Shown in pieces: positions 1 through 7,829 of a DNA stretch of 56,349 nt (position 1 is its first letter; each line of letters opens with the position of its first letter). The DNA is taken from positions 1 through 56,349 of the forward strand of contig JBMCEH010000001.1 in NCBI GenBank assembly GCA_048620775.1, in the 5' to 3' direction. Under the pieces are notes generated by a model, which ran no database searches, was not told the DNA's origin, and was given only the letters and a program-made list of their open reading frames with translations. The position numbers and the translations under genes were made by a program. The DNA comes from Candidatus Natronoplasma sp. GTDB lineage: Archaea > Thermoplasmatota > Thermoplasmata > Halarchaeoplasmatales > Halarchaeoplasmataceae.

Positions 1-159
1 GGCTTCCACATGGAGTGCCATCGAAACATTTTTTCCATCGAGATATCCGTTTTCTGACACCTCATGCTTTACTTTATCTATGACTGGCATGTGAGCTCGA
101 GCCCAGTCTAACCGTTTCTTTCCTTTAACTACCAAATCATTCATCATATCAAACAACAT
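1..159 (-). CDS. ahcY: S-adenosyl-L-homocysteine hydrolase, N-terminal fragment running off the left edge
   Basis: Absent from the ORF track because there is no stop in the window. Hand translation from the ATG at 157-159 gives MLFDMMNDLVVKGKKRLDWARAHMPVIDKVKHEVSENGYLDGKNVSMALHVEA. The 'WA..HMPV' and 'L.G..v..aLHvEA' pattern is typical of AhcY N-termini. Confidence 0.55.
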   Translation of the reverse strand, partial: MLFDMMNDLVVKGKKRLDWARAHMPVIDKVKHEVSENGYLDGKNVSMALHVEA

Positions 160-180
160 CTTGAGTAAAACAGGAGGTTC

Positions 181-903
181 TTATATTTCTTCGGATAAGG
201 TTTTTAAGCGTTTGGACATGAAAAGAAGGGTTTCTTTCAAATTTTCAGCATTATCAAACTCTTCATAAAGGGGCTCTAACTCGAGCATGTTCGGTACTGC
301 TCTAACTACATTATCAACTATGGTTATGTCCGCAGCCTTAGAGGTCCTAGAAAGCGGATTTAAATCGATGGTGATCACCGTTTTCCCCATCTCATTCAAA
401 GCCTGGGCTCGATCACCGTCTTCTAGAGGAACAAGAACCACATCCGATGTATAAATCCCGTCATGAGAACACAATGCTCTTTTGTGATCCAGCCCGGGGA
501 TCTCCTCTTCAGGATCTAGACCGTATACTTTCTCTGCGCCATTGAGTTCCAAAAATCGTTTGATCTTACTTATCCTCTCATTCGTTCGATGGAAAAGATT
601 TACTTCGAGTTTTGCATCTAATCTTTTTCCAAGTTCGACAATCTCCTCCGGAACAAGCGCGGCCACATTACCGTTGATGGATATGACGGGATTCTCTGCC
701 TCCATCATCTTAGCGATTGCTTTCCTCTCAGCCATTTTAGCAGTTTTTATGCTCTCTTCTCCGATAAGATAATCGAACATCTCTCCTCTCCCATGCGCTA
801 TCAAACCAGCCTTAGAAGTAATACCCTCTTCTACTCCCTCAACCAGAACTTCTCTCATCTTGAGAGAAAGATATCTAGGATGAGACTGTGGTATTTCGAC
901 CAT
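181..903 (-). CDS. archaeal phosphopantothenate synthetase (4-phosphopantoate--beta-alanine ligase, COG1701/DUF137 family)
   Basis: 240-aa ORF with motifs HPRY, HGRGEMFDYLIGE, ISINGNVAAL, VPLEDGDR and ITIDLNPLSR, recalled as characteristic of the archaeal CoA-pathway enzyme family. Confidence 0.65.
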   Translation of the reverse strand: MVEIPQSHPRYLSLKMREVLVEGVEEGITSKAGLIAHGRGEMFDYLIGEESIKTAKMAERKAIAKMMEAENPVISINGNVAALVPEEIVELGKRLDAKLEVNLFHRTNERISKIKRFLELNGAEKVYGLDPEEEIPGLDHKRALCSHDGIYTSDVVLVPLEDGDRAQALNEMGKTVITIDLNPLSRTSKAADITIVDNVVRAVPNMLELEPLYEEFDNAENLKETLLFMSKRLKTLSEEI

Positions 904-1003
904 ATTGTTAGAAGTTTAAGATGGGAACAATATTTATACCATTCGATTAAGATTACAGGATATAGTATAGATCTGAGCAAGATATCTCAAAGAGGAGAAA
1001 CAT

Positions 1004-1660
1004 ATGATCAAAAAAGACTACAAGCAAAGACGTGATGACTTGATAGATAGTCTAATTAGAAAAGGATACATTGAAAGCGATACTGTTGAAAAAGCAATGA
1101 GGAAAGTTCCTCGACATGAGTTCGTGCCAGAAAGAGTGAAGGATAGAGCATATATAGATTCACCCCAACCTATCGGTCATGGACAAACCATTTCAGCCCC
1201 TCATATGGTCGCTATGATGGTAGAAAACCTAGACCTTAAAGAAGGACAGAAAGTACTCGAAATAGGAGGAGGTATGGGTTATCACGCTGCAGTCATCGCT
1301 GAGATTGTAGGGGAAGAAGGTAGAGTCTATTCTATAGAATATGTTTCCAGTCTAGCCAAGTCAGCTCAAAAAAAATTAAAAAACGTAGGATATCATACTG
1401 TAAAAATAATTCATGGTGACGGATCTTCCGGGTATGAAAAAGGCGCCCCCTACCATCGGATTTCCGTAGCATGTGGGGCACCTAATATACCTTCACCAAT
1501 GATAGATCAATTGATCCTCGAAGGAAAGATATTGGTCCCTGTCGGAAATAAATTTTTTCAAACCCTTATAAAGGCAATTAAGAAAAAAGAAAATAAGATC
1601 GAAAAAAAAGATTTGGGCGGGGTAAGGTTCGTCCCGCTAAAGGGAAAATACGGATTCTAG
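1004..1660 (+). CDS. pcm: protein-L-isoaspartate O-methyltransferase
   Basis: VPRHEFVPE, GHGQTISAPHMVA, and the SAM motif VLEIGGGMGYHAAV. Length 218 aa. Confidence 0.9.
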   Translation: MIKKDYKQRRDDLIDSLIRKGYIESDTVEKAMRKVPRHEFVPERVKDRAYIDSPQPIGHGQTISAPHMVAMMVENLDLKEGQKVLEIGGGMGYHAAVIAEIVGEEGRVYSIEYVSSLAKSAQKKLKNVGYHTVKIIHGDGSSGYEKGAPYHRISVACGAPNIPSPMIDQLILEGKILVPVGNKFFQTLIKAIKKKENKIEKKDLGGVRFVPLKGKYGF

Positions 1661-3171
1661 ACTATCTGTTTAAGCCGTATGTATGGCGAGCCTTTTTCTT
1701 TGTCCGTGACTATCGCGTAAAGTCCGGTCTTAGGTTTAACACCATAGATACACGGCGTTTTGTTTATACTGAGAAGAACGAAGTAGTTGTCCGCCATGTT
1801 CTTTATCTCCTTCGAGAGATTCAGCCCAGGTTTTAGTATCCCCATGCCGATGTCGTCAGAGTTCTTCGTATTGGCTACACCACTGAGTAGCTCTTGTAGA
1901 GCCATCTCACCACCACGCATGTATTCGAGAGTATCCAAAGCATGGTAATCTAATATCCCACGGTCCTCTTCGCCTCTCAATTCTTTCATACTTTGATTGT
2001 ATATCTTCCTGTACTGCTTTGGATTCTTACCTGCAAGGGCGAGCTTGTAAGGCTTATCTGTCTGCGAGGTTAGATGATCCACTATTCTAAACTTCTGGTT
2101 GAATAATTCTTCTGGTACGAAGCGTACAAGATCATCTCTGAGATTGTCCGGATGGGTTCCTCCTGAAAGAACGGCGATAACACCTCTCTTTTGAGCGATA
2201 AAATTGAGAAAAAGCGGTCTTATAACTGAAAAAAATTCTTCATTGCTGACATTTTCTTGTATCTCAAAAACATTGTAACTACCGGCATCAAAACCGCCTC
2301 CTAACAATTCATCTATATCTTCTATACCAGTACTATACTTGCATTCAGGAGCTTCTATTGGCTCCCATTCTTTTCCACCTGATATCTGAAGTTCATAGGG
2401 ATCGAAGCATTTGAATCGACCGCCTTTTAGAGACATTAGATAAGAAGGCTGATTCAACTCAACCGCTCTCAATTTTTTAAGCATGATCTCTCTTACATCC
2501 CTACCTTCAAGTTGATAACGTTTTAGTTGGGCCACACCATCCGCCAAATATTCTAATTCCGGCGCCGATTTTTTTTCAAGTATCATCACAAGGTTAGTGT
2601 TTGAGTTCTCAACTAAATCTTTCTGCAAGGTCATGACAAAGGTTTCCATATCCAAACCGTATTTGTGGGTAAGCCCCTCTATACTATCTAGGACCAGCAA
2701 AGATCTATCAGGAAGTATCTCGTCTATCCTATCATATATCCTGTTAAGACTCGGTATATCTCTATCCAACTGTTGAAGACGAGTCCTGTCCACCTCTTCT
2801 GGGGGTCCTTCTTTTCTTATAGTACTCAAGAATTCTCTAGCCCCTTCTATTTTTTTCTTTTCTTCCTCAGGGACGGCTTCATCCGAATCATTTTCTTCAT
2901 CATATATTGCCTGTAAAAATACCTTGCTGGCATCCATTATCTGTGAACGCATCTCTTTTTCTTCCAACCAGGGAAATTGATTATAAAGAGCTTCGTCCGA
3001 GACTCTAGTCGATAAGTAGAAGCTTTTATCTTGATCGGCCATCTCTTCTATTATTTGAAGGCCTAAAGTTGTTTTCCCTGTGCCTGAAGACCCTTCTAAA
3101 AATATTGAAGAGCCGCCTTCTTTTTCCAAAAATTTTTTGATTTCAGTAGGGATGCTTTTTATTATCTTCAT
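1657..3171 (-). CDS. tandem KaiC/RecA-superfamily ATPase: N-terminal domain with Walker A, C-terminal domain degenerate
   Basis: N-terminal domain has GSSGTGKTTLGLQI (Walker A) and LLVLDSIEGL (Walker B-like). The second half starts with the KaiC/RadA-like STGIEDIDELLGGGFDAGSYNVFE but has no P-loop. Confidence 0.6.
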   Translation of the reverse strand: MKIIKSIPTEIKKFLEKEGGSSIFLEGSSGTGKTTLGLQIIEEMADQDKSFYLSTRVSDEALYNQFPWLEEKEMRSQIMDASKVFLQAIYDEENDSDEAVPEEEKKKIEGAREFLSTIRKEGPPEEVDRTRLQQLDRDIPSLNRIYDRIDEILPDRSLLVLDSIEGLTHKYGLDMETFVMTLQKDLVENSNTNLVMILEKKSAPELEYLADGVAQLKRYQLEGRDVREIMLKKLRAVELNQPSYLMSLKGGRFKCFDPYELQISGGKEWEPIEAPECKYSTGIEDIDELLGGGFDAGSYNVFEIQENVSNEEFFSVIRPLFLNFIAQKRGVIAVLSGGTHPDNLRDDLVRFVPEELFNQKFRIVDHLTSQTDKPYKLALAGKNPKQYRKIYNQSMKELRGEEDRGILDYHALDTLEYMRGGEMALQELLSGVANTKNSDDIGMGILKPGLNLSKEIKNMADNYFVLLSINKTPCIYGVKPKTGLYAIVTDKEKGSPYIRLKQIV

Positions 3172-3174
3172 GTT

Positions 3175-3558
3175 TTATAACCCCCTTATTTTATAAGCTT
3201 CTTTAAGATCGTCGATTTTAGATATCATCTCTTCTATATCCTTCTTCAACTTCTTTTCTTTATCATGATCACCAAGTAAGGATAAAGCCATGTCATTATC
3301 CACCCACTTTATTAGTAGTACAGTGTCTTCAGAGTGTGCAACTATTAAATCGGGATTCTTTTTTTCGAATCCTGAGAATATCACCTCAGTAGCTCCTAAC
3401 ATAGTTGCAGAAAGAGTGCTAAAACTCTCATTCTCTTTTTCCTTTTTAAGATGAGATGCTATAGGTATACCGTTCTTAGAAGTCAGGGCGATCGCATCAA
3501 CTTCTTTGTTAGAGCCATATTCCTTAAAAATTTCTTCGATTTTATTCTTTGCTTTGAT
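3175..3558 (-). CDS. Roadblock/LC7 (MglB-like) family protein; start codon unresolved
   Basis: The track ORF (3175-3402, ATG) covers only the C-terminal half. The frame stays open up to 3597 and encodes ...NKEVDAIALTSKNGIPIASHLKKEKENESFSTLSAT before the ATG, which is the typical Roadblock N-terminal strand-strand-helix. There is no ATG/GTG/TTG in that extension. ATC at 3556-3558 lies 9 nt after an AAGGAG. The stop lies 3 nt upstream of the KaiC-like start. Confidence 0.55.
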   Translation of the reverse strand: MKAKNKIEEIFKEYGSNKEVDAIALTSKNGIPIASHLKKEKENESFSTLSATMLGATEVIFSGFEKKNPDLIVAHSEDTVLLIKWVDNDMALSLLGDHDKEKKLKKDIEEMISKIDDLKEAYKIRGL

Positions 3559-3618
3559 ATTAACACTCTCCTTGTGTATTATGTTGGTAATCTCCTTTTA
3601 GGGGTTAATTAACTTTTA

Positions 3619-3629
3619 CATATTTAAAC
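3619..3629 (-). promoter_or_regulatory. possible TATA box for the Roadblock/KaiC-like pair
   Basis: The minus strand reads GTTTAAATATG, about 25-30 nt upstream of the beginning of the open Roadblock frame (3597). Confidence 0.3.
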
Positions 3630-3662
3630 TTTCACAGTAATTTATTTTTTAATTTGCTTTTT

Positions 3663-3899
3663 TTATAATTCTTCAAAAACGTCAGTCGATCTTTTAGCCT
3701 TCATATCTTTTTTCATATCTGAGACCAAAGATTCATAATATGAAAGATGTTCTCTGATTATCTCTAGTTCATCTTTCAGTTCTTCTTCTCTTTCTTCTAA
3801 TTCTTTTATCCTCCCCTGTATCTCCCAATATTTTTGCATATCTCTCCTGATTTGACCCCTAAGATTTTTTATCTCATCTCTTTTTGCCATACCCTCCAC
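3663..3899 (-). CDS. small charged coiled-coil protein, hypothetical
   Basis: 78-aa ORF (GTG at 3899, or ATG at 3890) with heptad-like K/E/R-rich sequence. It abuts the stop of the upstream ORF. Confidence 0.4.
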   Translation of the reverse strand: MEGMAKRDEIKNLRGQIRRDMQKYWEIQGRIKELEEREEELKDELEIIREHLSYYESLVSDMKKDMKAKRSTDVFEEL

Positions 3900-4142
3900 C
3901 TACATTCTTTTCATCTCTTCTGACAGGTTTATCTGAATTTCACTGGTGTCTTTGCCACTCATGCCTATTGCACGTAGGGCGCTTTCACAATCACTGATCC
4001 TTTTTTTTGTTTTTTTGATTTCTCTTTTCAACTCTTTCTTTTTCTTTTTTACTCGTTTCAATTCGTCCAAAATATTTTCTTCTCTATTCTCCCATTTTTC
4101 CTTTTCTTCGATAGCCATCAATGCCTTTTCGATATCTACCAA
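3900..4142 (-). CDS. small charged coiled-coil protein, hypothetical
   Basis: 80-aa ORF, K/E-rich (KRVKKKKKELKREIKKTKKRI). It lies 17 nt downstream of csl4 on the same strand. Confidence 0.4.
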   Translation of the reverse strand: MVDIEKALMAIEEKEKWENREENILDELKRVKKKKKELKREIKKTKKRISDCESALRAIGMSGKDTSEIQINLSEEMKRM

Positions 4143-4159
4143 GACAAATCACCTATGGT

Positions 4160-4741
4160 TCATTTATCTTTTCTCTTCAATTTTATCTTACCATATGCCT
4201 GCGAGATTTTCCTATTCTCGTATATGTCACAGCGAGGGCAATACAATTTATTCTTTTTATATTTCATATCCTTTCTGCACTGCGAACAATACCCTTTGAC
4301 GATGCCGTATTCGCCTCCAATCGTTGACAATCTGAAAGTAGGTTCTGCCTGGATAACTTTAGCCCTCACTATATCCCCAACCAAATATTCATCCTCCAGC
4401 TCATCAGTATAATCGTCAGATACTTTTGAGATGTGTATCGAAGCCTCTATATCTTCCTTTACTTCTCTGGAAGATCCTTCAACCATATCTATGCTGATAA
4501 CCACCATGGAATTTTTCCTAGCTTCTACCACACCATAGACTATATCGCCCTCTTTTACTTCAACGATCGAGTTTATCGCTTCAACTTTTGCCTCTAGATC
4601 GTCCTCGTCATATTTTACAATACCAAAATGGGCTGAAAGGATCTTGTCTTCATCTTCATAGGTTCCTTCGCCCGAGAGCCATTCTTCTGCCATTCCGACT
4701 TCATCTCCTGGAAACACGAGTCTTTCCTTATTTTCCGCCAT
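4160..4741 (-). CDS. csl4: exosome complex RNA-binding subunit Csl4
   Basis: S1-like core (GDIVYGVV..., ASIHISKV, GDIVRAKV) followed by a C-terminal zinc ribbon CSQC...CPRC. The ATG at 4741 leaves a 1-nt gap to the upstream stop; the track's longer start is 4759. Confidence 0.75.
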   Translation of the reverse strand: MAENKERLVFPGDEVGMAEEWLSGEGTYEDEDKILSAHFGIVKYDEDDLEAKVEAINSIVEVKEGDIVYGVVEARKNSMVVISIDMVEGSSREVKEDIEASIHISKVSDDYTDELEDEYLVGDIVRAKVIQAEPTFRLSTIGGEYGIVKGYCSQCRKDMKYKKNKLYCPRCDIYENRKISQAYGKIKLKRKDK

Positions 4742-4742
4742 A

Positions 4743-5372
4743 TTATTCCCTCTTAACATTTATTCCATACGATACAACTTCAAAACTTTTTCTTTCTTTT
4801 TCGTGGAATTCGAACATGTTAGCGATTTCAAACATATATCTTTTTTCCCAAAAGATACTGTGTCCTCTCTCTTTAATAAAGTTTTCCAAAAACCTTTCCG
4901 TTTCAGCGTTGTGTATTGTATAGATCACCTCAGAAATTTCGAAAGCCTTATTTAAAAAGGGTAAATCAGCCCCTCTCTTTTGTGATCCAAATGGTGGATT
5001 CATTATAACGGTGTCAACTTTCGTTTCAAAACCTTTAACGTCTTTAGTCTTAAAATCTATCATCTCTGAAATCGACCATTTTTTAGATTCTTTTCTCGCG
5101 ATTCTAATAACTTCCTCATCAACATCGATAGCTTCGACCGAGTTAGCCCCTAGATAAGCAGACCCTATCGAAAAAATCCCTGTCCCACAACCGAGATCGG
5201 CTATTTTTTTATTATTGATATGTCCATTTGAGAAGGCTCTAAAAAGAACATCTGAAGCAATAGGAGAAGGAGTGGTATATTGTTCCAAAGACGCTTTAGG
5301 CTCCGGATGAGCAGGTATAACTTCCAGTTTTATCTCCAAATCTTTCTTTTTTATTCCGTTCATATCAATCAA
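4743..5372 (-). CDS. METTL5-like SAM-dependent RNA methyltransferase (COG2263)
   Basis: LEQYTTP, DLGCGTGIFSIG, and the NPPFG catalytic motif. Its position next to csl4 matches the known archaeal exosome-neighbourhood arrangement. Confidence 0.75.
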   Translation of the reverse strand: MIDMNGIKKKDLEIKLEVIPAHPEPKASLEQYTTPSPIASDVLFRAFSNGHINNKKIADLGCGTGIFSIGSAYLGANSVEAIDVDEEVIRIARKESKKWSISEMIDFKTKDVKGFETKVDTVIMNPPFGSQKRGADLPFLNKAFEISEVIYTIHNAETERFLENFIKERGHSIFWEKRYMFEIANMFEFHEKERKSFEVVSYGINVKRE

Positions 5373-6540
5373 TTTTTACTCCCTTTCCTCTACAGGTCTT
5401 ACAGATGCCGCTGCCCTGACATTTTTTACAATTCCCGTTTCCACCACATCTTTGACAATCTCCAGTGCCGTCACATGTGATGCAATGACCGTAGCCCTCA
5501 CAAGTTTGACAAGTGCCTGTAGCTGAACATACATCACATTTACTGAACCACCCTGTTTTCCCATCACCATCACAATTTTGACAATCGCCAGAGCCATGAC
5601 AATCGAAACATTCTGAAGACCCATCACAGTCTAGACAATCCCCACTTCCCTCACAGCTAAGACAATCACCGGTACCACCACAGTCAGAACAAGTTCCGTC
5701 TCCTCCGCAATCAGGACAATCTAATGCTAGGTTAGATAACTCCCTGTAATCTTCTAATTTATCAGAGAGGCGCTCATCATCGAGATAGGTCAACGCTGTT
5801 TTCATCGTCTCTTTTGCTTTCTTATCTTCGTTGATTTTCCAATAGCATTCCGCCTTACCAAGCCATGCCTCTGGAACATTCTTATCCAATTTTAAGACCT
5901 TCTCGTATATGTCAGGAATCAGCTTTTTTTCTGCCTTCTCCATCAATTCTTTTATTTTTCTTTCTTTAGCATTGGTATCTAGGTTTAACTCTTCGGCTTT
6001 TCCATAAAGGGTTTTTGCTTCTTTTACCCTGCCTAATTCCACAAGCATGTCCGCTTTTTCAGCTAGTAGTTGCGCGCTATCCTCCCTCTCTAAAGCTTTA
6101 TCAATCACGCCTACGGCTCTTTCCAACATACCTCTCTCTTTTAGTGCCTTGTACTTGTATCGGTAGACTATCTTATTATCATCATATTTTAGCGCCTCGT
6201 CATACTCTCCAATAGCGCCCTTATAATCGTTCTTCTCTTGAAGAATCCTGCCTCTAGTCAGAAATCCAAGAAAACTATTTTTTAATTGAAGACTCTTTTT
6301 CACCCATGATTCCGCCTCATCCAATTTTTGGTTAGAAAAACATATGAATGATAATTTCAGATAGGCATCGGGATCATCTAGAGCTAATCTATAAGACTTA
6401 TCCGCTTTTTGGAGCTGATCCATTAATTGATCTATCTCTTCAGTAATCTCAAAGTTTTCGAAAAGAGAGTCTATATCGTTTTCAACACCGGAAAGCAATG
6501 CATCAGCTTTTTCTCTGATTTCATCCATTTTATCTTCCAT
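5365..6540 (-). CDS. TPR-repeat protein with a C-terminal array of DnaJ-type CxxCxGxG zinc-finger units
   Basis: The N-terminal ~270 aa have TPR-like helical repeats (AESWVKKSLQL, AIGEYDEALKYD, ...). The last 117 aa contain 24 Cys in 12 CxxCxGxG units. Confidence 0.7.
   Translation of the reverse strand: MEDKMDEIREKADALLSGVENDIDSLFENFEITEEIDQLMDQLQKADKSYRLALDDPDAYLKLSFICFSNQKLDEAESWVKKSLQLKNSFLGFLTRGRILQEKNDYKGAIGEYDEALKYDDNKIVYRYKYKALKERGMLERAVGVIDKALEREDSAQLLAEKADMLVELGRVKEAKTLYGKAEELNLDTNAKERKIKELMEKAEKKLIPDIYEKVLKLDKNVPEAWLGKAECYWKINEDKKAKETMKTALTYLDDERLSDKLEDYRELSNLALDCPDCGGDGTCSDCGGTGDCLSCEGSGDCLDCDGSSECFDCHGSGDCQNCDGDGKTGWFSKCDVCSATGTCQTCEGYGHCITCDGTGDCQRCGGNGNCKKCQGSGICKTCRGKGVKID
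5368..5718 (-). repeat. 12 tandem CxxCxGxG(x) coding units, mostly 27-nt period, inside the CDS
   Basis: Units read CPDCGGDGT CSDCGGTGD CLSCEGSGD CLDCDGSSE CFDCHGSGD CQNCDGDG(ktgwfsk) CDVCSATGT CQTCEGYGH CITCDGTGD CQRCGGNGN CKKCQGSGI CKTCRGKGV. Confidence 0.85.
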
Positions 6541-6577
6541 CCATTAAAAATAGTAGAAATAGATCATAGTTCGATTT

Positions 6578-6964
6578 TTAGGTACTCCCTCTCCCCCAAA
6601 CCTCGTCGGATAATTCGTCATAAATCGTTTTTTTCTCCTCGCCATCTTCATCTTCACCTTCATGCTCTTCCTTTAATAGATCATTTATCTTGCTTTCATT
6701 CAATACCCAATAATGTATTCTCCATTTCTTTCCGCTGGGGAGATTTGTGGTTTCTTCCTCCGTGAATAGTATGTCGAGATCTTCCAATTTATAAAAAATA
6801 TCTCTCTCGTCTGGGGAAAGAAGATTATCTGTTATGGTCTTATCATAGCCGAACAGATTCATAACTTTTTCTGCCATATCTTCAGCTCTCGCCGGTTCCA
6901 TATCATGTTCTTCCAAGACTATTTTAATTGCTTTTTCAAGATCCTCAAATGTTATTCTACTCAC
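6578..6964 (-). CDS. acidic hypothetical protein
   Basis: 128-aa ORF with coding-like composition and no overlapping alternative. No family recognised. Confidence 0.4.
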   Translation of the reverse strand: MSRITFEDLEKAIKIVLEEHDMEPARAEDMAEKVMNLFGYDKTITDNLLSPDERDIFYKLEDLDILFTEEETTNLPSGKKWRIHYWVLNESKINDLLKEEHEGEDEDGEEKKTIYDELSDEVWGRGST

Positions 6965-7157
6965 GCTAAATCACTTTCATTAGGGTCTATTTATCTATCT
7001 TCATGAGATTGCCGGAGTCCATTTCCCACCAACTTTCGGTTTCCTCAGTAATGATTCTTTATCCAATGCGGACAATTATAAATAAATCTTCCCCTGATTT
7101 TACTATTAGAAGTTTTCTCTGGTACTGGGTATGATCTAGTCTTGGCCTCTAAAAAAG

Positions 7158-7826
7158 TCAGAGCCGTTGGATGGTGATATCTAAACTGCTTATCAACTTT
7201 TCAGCCCATCTCAATTTCTTAAGTTTATCATGGTTCTCTGTTTTAAAGGGCTGACCGAAATCCCAGCCGTTCAACACTATCTTTTCAGCACCAAAGTGTT
7301 CTGCAATGAAGCAGGCTCTATCCCCATCAGTAAAGCCTCCGAAGTTGTAAATGCCATTCTTTGGAGGATTACACTGACATGTAGATATCACACTTCCTTC
7401 AAATTTTTTAGCCCATCTTTTAATCTGTTTTATATTATCACCGTGGGCATGAATAACGGCGGGTACGCCTTTCAAATTCAAATCCAATTGGAGTTCGTTA
7501 TCACCGTCTAAATCTGTAACCATAAGATCCGGTCTGACTCCCTCTTCTACTATCTGTCTAACAGATGATCCGGCTGCCACCGTGGTTCCGACATCGCTCT
7601 TGGAAAAATAGGGCCCACCTATCTCTAATACTTTGTTTTTTAATTCTCTAAGGGGAGATAAGCTATCTGTTCCTCTAACCTCGACCAATATCTCTGCGGA
7701 TTTCCTATCCTCCTCTTTAGAATAATCAAAATTCGATACTATCTTTTCATATATTGGTTCCCAATCTGCAAACTTCAAATCTCTCACCTTTTTAGCGCTG
7801 AAATATACTCTATTTGCAAATATCAA
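7158..7826 (-). CDS. mptE: 6-hydroxymethyl-7,8-dihydropterin pyrophosphokinase, archaeal MptE type (DUF115)
   Basis: Motifs VTDLDGD, IHAHGDN and GGFTDGDRA, recalled from the MptE/DUF115 family. Confidence 0.6.
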   Translation of the reverse strand: MIFANRVYFSAKKVRDLKFADWEPIYEKIVSNFDYSKEEDRKSAEILVEVRGTDSLSPLRELKNKVLEIGGPYFSKSDVGTTVAAGSSVRQIVEEGVRPDLMVTDLDGDNELQLDLNLKGVPAVIHAHGDNIKQIKRWAKKFEGSVISTCQCNPPKNGIYNFGGFTDGDRACFIAEHFGAEKIVLNGWDFGQPFKTENHDKLKKLRWAEKLISSLDITIQRL

Positions 7827-7829
7827 AAA

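Noticed and set aside
5376-5627. 83-aa alternative-frame minus-strand ORF inside the Cys-repeat region
   Set aside because: It is a frame artefact of the 27-nt periodic repeat. The CxxCxGxG frame is continuous with the TPR domain.
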